This document shows, one piece after another, positions 50,953 to 64,000 of a stretch of DNA of 64,000 bases. The notes below the pieces were generated by a model that was given only the letters and a program-made list of their open reading frames with translations, was not told the origin of the DNA and ran no database searches. Location: positions 46,130,001 through 46,194,000 of the forward strand of contig CM097885.1 in assembly GCA_044892525.1 (NCBI GenBank), written 5' to 3'. The stretch comes from Schmidtea polychroa (lineage: Eukaryota). Each line of letters begins with the position of its first letter. The stretch's first letter is position 1. The translations under genes and the position numbers were made by a program.

Positions 50953-52090
50953 TATTATTTAATAATCTTAATTTCAAATATTTAAAAATTACGTGTGATA
51001 TTATTAAAACAAAGAGATAATTAACACACATTATTAATTTCTTTCTTAAAATCAGTCTAAAATTATTTTTTTTAATTTAAATATGGAATTTTAAATAATG
51101 AAATAAAATTTTGCCAAAAGGCTCATTAAATATTTTGTAATATTTCTCTTAATTTCTCTGATGAACTTCAATTTTCAGTTTCTTTTAAAAATAACAAAAG
51201 GATATTTACTTTGCAGTTCAGACAGAAGAAAAATTTTATTTTTAGATTGAATTTATATAGTGACATTACAACAATAGACGAGCGACTTTAAATTTTCTTT
51301 ATATTACTAAAAATTGAACCGTTTATCAACATTTTATTTATAATAAAAAATATTTAAATAAATCTTGATTCATTCAATAATCTTTTATTATATTTTTATA
51401 ATTTAAGTAAATTAAAAACATTAAAAATTTTCATTTATTTAAATTTTAATAATTTTCTTTAAATTGATATAAAATGTGAAATACTAATAATATATTCATA
51501 ATTCTTGGGTTTTATTAAATTTAGTTTTAAAATAGATAAAATTTACAATAATGGGAATTTCATGGACAAATCTAATGATAAAATGTAAAAGCTGTCTAAA
51601 AAGGCTTTCGTTTTATCGAGTGGTACTTTTAAAACAATTTAACAGATCTTCTGACATAAATATCAATGACTAAAATCTTCTACGGTACTGACATTTCCTG
51701 AACAATTAAATGCAAATATAATTTGGTGCCAAATTCTAATTAGGCAAATTCTAACAATTGCAATTATCATCAAACTGTTACTTAAATTACAGAAAAGCAT
51801 ATTAAATTTGAAACCAATATTTTTAAGCAAACTAACAATAGTTTCATTTATATTTATTTTATTAGAATTAATACTTAATAACTATTGTTATTAACTATTT
51901 TTTATTTCAATCAACTTGGTTAACAATATTTTTGAAAAATCACTGAAGACGCGCAAGAGAAAAATCGTTTTTTAAATATTCGTTTGGGAAAATAGATAAA
52001 ATAAGAATTTAATGTACGTAAAATAAATGATTGATAACCATTGTAACTTTTAGGGGAAGCAAAAATATTTATATATATATATATATATAG

Positions 52091-54927
52091 TAGGGTGGAG
52101 TGAAATTTTTTTTTCTTAATATCTTGTTTGGATAGCTATAAAAACTTGGTAACACATGCAATTAGTAATGTGGCAAACAATTAGACAATTTAAAGCATAT
52201 CTTGAGGTTCCACAATTGACCTAAAGTATAGGCATATTTCGATAAAAAAGCAATAATCTTTAAAAAAAACATTTTTTTATAAGTAACATATTTAAGTTAT
52301 GGTTTAACTTTTTAACAGTCTGTACATAACATTACAAGTAATAAGAACCATATCTGTGAAGGGAAACCACATGCAAACTGTCTAACATGTTTTTATAACT
52401 ACAAATGATGTTGGGCTTTGGTGTCCAGTTTTGGCATTTTCAATCTCGATTCCAAGCGTGCTCTAATGAATCCGTCGCGTTTTTCTGGACCACACACCAT
52501 TTCGGATGCTTCTGTCACTAGCTTGATATGTCTCTCTACTGCCTGGGTGTGACAAGGATAGCGGGCGAAATCCAGTCTTGGCGTTTCTTCTTCCCGGATC
52601 ATGGTTAACAAAGTATCTTCGTCAATGTCCACTACGATTGGAGGCTCTGTGATCGGAGTTTTCTGCCAATCGATCATGTCTATGTAGCTAGTAGCCTCAA
52701 AGTTGATTACTGGCACGCAGAAAGATCTAACTGAAGTCGTACGTTTCTGCTTTCTGGATTTCAGTATGCGTCGCAGAGCTAACTCGCGTATATCTGATCT
52801 TTCATCGGTAAGCATCGCAAGCAACAGATTTTCTGGATGACTAAAGAATGCGTTGCGTTGAATTACCGGGTCAACAACTTTCTTCAGCTCGTCTGTGAGG
52901 TAGCGTGATTTCAGTATCGTACTGTGGACATGTCGAGCGCCGTCTTTACACGAAGGGGTATTCTTTATTTCAAACCATGCAGGTGCATAAACTGTTACGA
53001 TGAAGGTAGCAAGCGTCTTTAGTTCATCCGACGGGCTTCTTGTGGCAACATACAGACGTAGTATGCGATTAGCCGTGGTTAACCATCTCGAATGGTTGAT
53101 AAGACCAGGATTGCGAAGTGAATGGTCGACAGGAAAAATACCAACACTTACAGCAGTACACAAATCGAACAGGTATTTCTGATCTGTACTTAAATCGTCG
53201 GAATTTGCACTTGACGGTAGAACACAGTTTATCGGCATGTAGTCAACGATGGGAAGCTTCTCACAATTCAACAATGACTTTCCAATGGGACCAGAAAATC
53301 CTTTTGGACCATTGGTAGGTCCATCGAGATACTGAAACAAATGTCTTAACGGTAATTCGTTTGCATGCAACTGACATACGAACCACTGTAGCGGTCTGTG
53401 TAACGTCACTTCAAGTAATCGAATGATGCCTCCTTGAATGCCCGTATTAGTGGCTGTCCCATCACAACCTATTGCTTTTATGCCACTCCTGTCAACATTT
53501 CTTTTATTCAAATATGCAATCAACTCAGCCGTGATAACTTTGCTTGACCCTGCAGTTGGTGTAATGTGACCGAAATATGTAGCTCCTGGTTCGGCTATAA
53601 TCGATATATGTTCTTCAGTTATTATTTTCCGATGAAATTTACCATCGCATTCTTTAATTTGGGTCATTGTATTGTCTTTTCTGCCGTCAAAATATAACCC
53701 AGTGATTGTGTTACTGACTTCGGCACATAATGCGCCACGCTTATTACAACGTTCTCGACGCACTTTACTTCTGTCAATCACTTTAGAAACATCATGTTCG
53801 TGGATTATTCCAACATCTTGAAGAACAGCACTGGCGATTCCTGCTGCCGCCCTGTCGATCACACGCTAAAGCCAACGACGGTAGCTTAACTCTCATCTGC
53901 TTGTCATTCAATTTTCGCTGTTGTTTAATTTGGCTTATACAATCGTCATCAGAGTCATCATCGCCGGTATCCATTTCCTCTTCCATTCCAGAAATCTCGT
54001 CACAGACATCCGACTGTTTATCACCGATGTCATCAATGGCAGATTTGGTACACATCTGCCTCTGTGTCGACTCTTTACGGATATACCGCTTTTGTAATAT
54101 ACTGGATTCAAACTCATCAACTCCAGCTATGATCATACAGCGTGAACCCCGCTGATCTTCTAGAAAGTCACGTTCAATTGTGGGTATCTTTCTTGACTTC
54201 TCACAGTGACACTGAGACATACAAGAGCACTTGCAGGAGCAAATGTCAAAGAGTTTAATTGATTCATCTTTAAACTGCGATATTTTCTCTCTGTATGGTT
54301 CTGAGTCCTTCCTAGATTTATACGGCTTCAGCAATTTCATGAACGTCTTGTGGTACACGTTCAACATTTCATGAACACGGCGGTGGCTTACATATGGTAT
54401 GGAAGCTTTGTCCCATATTTGTTCTACTTTCATTGACACTGTTTCTGCCACGTTGCGATGTGAAGGATCTTTATTGTTCAATTCACATTTCAGTCTCTGC
54501 TTTGTCAGGTTGTAGAATTTCATAACATCTGCATAAGTCGGTAGTTGATTGTCGGGCATCTCGGATGGACCACCAAAGATGACACAAGACACTTTCTTTC
54601 TGGTTACAGCCATTGCAACTCTAAAAAGGAAAACCAGAGGCATTTAAAATCCATAGTGTATGGGTGGCAAATATTTTGCTATTAAAAGTAATGAAAATAT
54701 TATTTAAATGCCATCAATGACTTCAATAATATGTCAATAATAGCAAATACATTATCGTTTTCTTATCAATGGTTACATTTTAAAGTTGGTTGTGGAACCT
54801 CAAGACATTATTTAAATTATTGTTTTTCTTTACAGAGTACTTCATTGGACCTCATAGCAAGTTTTTATAACTATCCAAAGTCTACTAAGTCAAAAAATGT
54901 TTTTTCGGTCATTTTCACTCCACCCTA
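52091..54927 (-). mobile_element. hATm-type DNA transposon, full length
   Basis: TIRs TAGGGTGGAGTGAAA / TTTCACTCCACCCTA, further subterminal inverted blocks (ttggatag.tataaaaacttg; ttgaggttccacaa), perfect 8-bp TSD ATATATAG (52083-52090, 54928-54935). Confidence 0.85.
52399..54643 (-). pseudogene. hATm-type transposase split by one frameshift (ORFs 53792-54643 and 52399-53862)
   Basis: Motifs FDICSCKC, LYFDGRKD, IGCDGT..NTG, CQLHANEL, HSRWLT, PCHTQAVER; frames switch at LACDR/DRAAA (~53860). Confidence 0.85.
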
Positions 54928-54932
54928 ATATA

Positions 54933-58660
<3,728 letters not shown>

Positions 58661-60488
58661 AGTCATAGACATATAACAATTAGTGGTTATTGTATTTAAT
58701 TAATCTGACTCCATGTTACTACATAAAAATACAAGCTCCAAAATTTTATTTTGTAAAAATTTGTCAAAATACAATTCCGCTCTTCTTATGGTTGTAATGT
58801 TTTGACTTAATTGTCAAATTTTATGTCTGATGTGCACATAAGAAAATATTTACATCAAACTACTGGTAAAATATTACCGAACAGCAATAGTGATTTTTTG
58901 TGATTTTTTGATATATAATCATAATGACAATAAATGAAATATTAAAATTAAACAGATCAAAAGTGAACAAAAAATAAAGGATTTTACTGATATTGATTGT
59001 TTGTTATTTGATAACCATAAATCAGTAAAATATTTTTGGCTAATTACAAATTTTCGGCACATCATTTTTCTAATGTAAATATTTTTGCCCTTCCAAGAAT
59101 AAACTGAAATTTCGAAAATTTATCTAATTACGTTTAAAAATTTACTAATATTTAATTTAATTTTTATATGGAATATCTACAAATTGTATTCAATTGGTTT
59201 ACAAAATAAGTTTATAATTATATTGAATGAAAATAATGTTTTTGATTGAAACAAATTTTTGACTTGTGAAATGAAATTTTTATTTTAATTTGTCCAGCCA
59301 ACAGCTGAATAAACAAACAAATATTTTAATAGCTCCAGTAAAGTTATTTTGTTTTAAATATTGATCAAACTAAAATTTTATCCAATTTTGGCAATAATTG
59401 TTATAATTTGTTTTGTTAGAATTTTTTTTAGATTTTCAAGTATTAACCCATTTACCACCAATTCTCATAAAGTGACACAATTAAATTTATTTCCATTTTT
59501 AATTCTCTTCGAATAAATCAATAGAAATGAATTTTTTTTAATTTCAGTTTAACGAATTTATATATTATAGAATTTATAATTTATCATTTAAAATTTCAAT
59601 TTAGGTAATTCCAATTTTCTATTTTTAAGTATTTTTGAATTTTATGTCTAAATCTTATTCCATGTCAAATTTAAATTTACAGTTCTTTATGATTGGCTGA
59701 CTAATCAGATGAAGGTGAAGTGCAACGGACTGGGAATGTGTGTAAAAAGGAAATAAAGTGCATCTTGTAAAACAATTTTTTTGGACAAATTATTTTACGA
59801 GACACATAAAAAACTATTTTTTTGGAAACTTAGTTTTTACTTTTTTTAGGAACTTTATTTTTTTATTCTTACAGTCAAATATAGTCGAACTTATATAATT
59901 TGCTTGTCACAGGTGATTGGAGTGATATTGGAGAAAAGTATAATCAACGTGTTAAAAAGGATCAATAATATAAAAAATTATATTTTATATATATCTATCT
60001 ATATATATGGAAAAGTTTTCAAAAAAATCGATTTTTAAAATTAATTATTTTATTATCAATTTACTGTCAAAGCTGAACAGTCACAAATTGATACTGATAA
60101 ATTTCAATAAAATTAATGAAACCTTTTGAGTACTAAAAGTTTTTATTGTTAAAATTTATTTGGATTGGCTTTAAATGTGAAATTTTTATTTTTAATAATA
60201 AAATTTTTCCAACTAAATTTCTATATTTCAAAATAATAAATAAATATTCTCATTAATGAAAATAAGTAATAATTAATATCATCAATCAAAATTCAAATCA
60301 GTAAGTCTATAAATTAAAGCATTTATTTTCAAATATTTGATTTATCCAGATGCCTATGAAGTATTTAAATGCAATAGAAATTATTTTTAAATGTAGAAAA
60401 GTTTCTGATTAAATGGATTAATTTAAAAATATAAATTAAAAAAATTATACAAATAGGCAATCTAGTTTAATAGAAGAACTTCTTTCGA

Positions 60489-60612
60489 TTTTCACCTCTG
60501 ATTTCTTTCCAATTGACATTGTATTTATTAAAAAAATTGACTATGAATCAGTAAAGATATCGATGTTTTTTTATATCTTTACTGATTCATAGTCACTTTT
60601 TTAATAAATGTA
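60489..60612. mobile_element. Minimal member of the same foldback family
   Basis: tttcacctctgatt flank, then hairpin tgactatgaatcagtaaagatat ... atatctttactgattcatagtca. Confidence 0.8.
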
Positions 60613-61628
60613 ATTAACGTAGAAAAATTTACAAGATTGAAAGGAATATAAAGAAAATATAAAATTTTAACTGCAATTTAGACAAAACTCCTCTAGAAGT
60701 GAAAAATTGGCGTGAAATTATCACTCACCTAAATGCAATCTTTCCATCACAACTTATCATTAAATATACAAAAACACTTTATTAAAATTTTTTTATGAAT
60801 AATTTAATTTCATTATATTCCATAAATTGGCAATTCACTATTGTTTTAATGGGGAACTAAAAATTTAAATGCAGCTAATGAAAAATATCTTTTCAAGTTC
60901 ACAAGGGGGAGAGAAACTATATTTTCTATTATTTTATGCAAATATGAATTGCTAATTTTGTGCGTTATGGAAATTTACTTTATCAAACATTTGTCCTATT
61001 TAAAAATAGAAAACAAGTTAATGAAAGGATAATGAGATGAGAGAGAAGAGAATTACGAAAATATATTCTATAAAATAATATACAGATTTTGTTAAACTTG
61101 AAAACCTGAAAAATATTTTCATTAGATGGCTTTGCTATAAATATAGGTAATGTTTTAAAATACATAATTTTCTGTACGAGCCAGAATTAATTATCTACAA
61201 TATATTTCACTAAATGGAAAATAAATTTAATAAAGATTGTTAGACGCAATTAAATTCAAGTCTTCTTCAAGCATTTATTTTTATAACAACTTCAAAATTG
61301 TGCCGTTTACTAGCGTATTTAAACACCGAGGCGTGATAATTATTAATATTAATGTAATTACTGGTCATACATTTAATTGATTTAATTTAATATAATTTAA
61401 TATAATATGATATAATTTAATATAGAATTTAAATATAAAAATTTAACAGAAATAATTATTTCTACTAACTGATCTCACTTCTACCATTTAACCATAATAA
61501 TTTTATATAGAGATTTACTAACTCCTTACAAAGATAATTATAAATATAACATTTGTTTTATTATCAAAATTGTAACTCACGTCCACATATTGCACGCAAA
61601 ATTTTGGTTTTTATATATTTTACATATA

Positions 61629-62073
61629 CATGGGCGTCCGCAGGAATTTTTCCAAGGGGGGGGCAAAAATATTTTTTTTAACAAGTAGAAATTTTTTCTA
61701 GGGGGGAAGAGAATTTAAAAAATGCATATGTATAATAAATATTTAGGGCATTATACAAAATATGACTTTTTTTCATTTATTTACAAAATAGAACACTTTT
61801 TTTATAACCAGAACGTCAGTTAATATTGAAAGTTTTTATACAAATAAGATGATTTGAAATCATTGATTTCCAGATATAATTAATAACATTAAAAGAAACA
61901 GGAAGCCTCTTTAAATCAAATTTTTTTATTAATTTTTTTTGTCTTTGATTTTTCCAACATTGTTTGAGCGCATCGATTAAAATGTGTTTAAATTAATCGA
62001 ATTATAGAATGGTTTGGGAAATTCAGGAGGGGGCAAGTGCCCTCCCCCTTGCCCTCCTTTGCAGACACCCATG
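61629..62073. mobile_element. hAT (Blackjack-like) MITE
   Basis: CATGGGCGTCCGCA ... TGCAGACACCCATG, ggggggcaa subterminal motifs, perfect 8-bp TSD TACATATA. Confidence 0.9.
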
Positions 62074-64000
62074 TACATATATGATAAATGCAATTTGTTG
62101 CGGAGATTATAACTCATATATTGACGGTTCATACACCTACAGAAGGTTTAATGATAAACACTATTTTTTATAAACTGATGAACATCATTTCGCAGCTTTC
62201 ATCATTGAAAAGTTGTCCGGAGATTTATTTTTACTATTCCAAATTTGTGATAAGGACCTATAAAACTGCCGTTAATAAGAAGATGGAGAGCTGAATATGG
62301 ATTCCAACGCGATGAAATATTTATTTATGTAACTTTCTAAATTTTATTTTAGTTTTATCTGCATGAATTTCAGATAATAAATTTTAATATATATTGATTG
62401 CAATTATATAATAATGGTATAAGTTAAAAATTGAATATAAACTGGAAATAAATTTAAAAATCAGACCACATAGCTAAACAAAAATTCATTTATAATTGTT
62501 ATTATGATCTTTTATTATTATTATTAGTAGTGATTGTTATTTCTTCGTTTGTCGTGTATGTTTGTAGTAAGAGAGTTTGTAGAGCCCAGCAGAGTCTCAT
62601 TTAAAAATATTTGTCTCGGGACAGCTGGGGTACTTGTGTGTTAATTTTGTGTATGAGAACGACAATTAAAATAAATGTTAAATTAACATAAAATATTAAA
62701 AACTAGTTCAACTTTTATAACGTTTATTCAAAGAAAAAATATAAAATCTTAAAATTTGGGAAGTTGAGAATTTCAATTCTGTTTAGGATGAAAAATACTT
62801 CTTTTAATTTATATTAAATTTCAAAGTTCACCGAAATCAAATTGAAAGAAAATCTTCTTTTATATCCGATTATAGTTAAATGATTTGCGGTTGAGAGTAA
62901 GCCGTTTTTGGATTGTTATCTTATGTCCTGAGATTCTTGATACACCTAAATCCGAAATATAAAAGTTTCTATAATACACGTTGGTGTGTTCATCAGTGGA
63001 TGACTCACCATTTATGAGAGTGCGAAGTTATTTATGTACTTCATTTATTCAATTTTATACGTCTTCAAGTAAATCTTTTAAATTTAAGTAACTTTTAAGG
63101 CTTGAATTTTGAATTTATATAATTATAAGATCATTCAAGCTCTTAAATATTACTTTTAGTCAATATTTTGATTATAAATTATTTAAATTAATCTTCACGT
63201 ATTTTTAGGATTTTTATGACATTTTATGAATTTATTTGGAATTATTTCGATACAATGTAAGTCAGATATATTTTTAACTATAAATAAATAAAGTAATCAC
63301 CAAACCCATTTATTTTTTTAAGACATTTAAGAAAGAATATGTATTATGGATAAAATAGTTTAAGTTTTTGTAATCTTCTTTCTCCAGCTCATTGATAAGA
63401 CGAATTTTGTCATTTTTTGTAATTCTTTAAAAATATTATTTTTTTAAACCAGTTATTAAAATTTACGATTTTCAAATTTTTTACTGGAAATCTAAAGATG
63501 TCGATGACCTTGTTGAATATTAGAAATGCTACTTTCAAACAAAGGCGTTTGACAAGAAATGTCTGGTATACTGTAAAATTTTTTAATTATTTGTAATAAA
63601 ATGAAAAATTCTTACATTGTCAGATCTTCACCTTCGCAAAAAGGTAGCGTTTCCAGAGAAATATCTGAAAATCTAAAGAAATATTAACTTCAAAAATATT
63701 TTATAAAATATACGATGTTTTGTTGTCCTTTTCTCAAAAGCTCAAAGTAGAGTTGTCCGATTCAAAATCTAAAAATTTTTCCCCCATGATTTTTTAATAT
63801 ATTAAAAATAATGATATATTAACATTATGTTAAATAACTTACGGAATAAAAAGCGCTATAATAAATTTGCATGTATTTTATATTACGCGTGCTGTGTTTG
63901 TATGTAAAATTATTTTTCTGTCACTTTCTCGATTCCTATATAACAACTTTAAACTTTCGGAACATTAAATTTTTCCACACAGGTAAGTTTGTTATTTTAT

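Noticed and set aside
51935..51975. Hammerhead-like ctgaaga...gaaa (also ctgatga...gaaac on the minus strand at ~62965-62997)
   Set aside because: Stems II/III and the NUH cleavage site do not form properly; no Penelope coding remnants nearby.

Overview
Very AT-rich eukaryotic (probably animal) nuclear DNA with tiny 41-51 nt GT-AG introns and a heavy transposon load. Recognisable host genes are the 3' end of GTF3C3 (+), a divergent PPP1R21 (+, 17.05-29.6 kb), MRPL32 (-), and exons of an unidentified gene at 45.5-46 kb. DNA transposons include an 841-aa open hAT, a near-intact hATm-type element abutting it inside a (TA)n tract, mariner relics, a deleted DD39D/Stowaway-type mariner, a Phantom/MULE derivative and several MITEs with target-site duplications. 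The most unusual signal is a family of heavily decayed Ty3/gypsy-derived elements (about six copies). Three or four of them carry, between the protease and RT remnants, an unrecognised ~243-aa ORF (PCFSC..KN, coiled coil, LEGTWF, basic patch). It is fully open in one copy and has a single stop in another, although the surrounding gag/pol sequence is destroyed. All calls are by eye; no searches were run.
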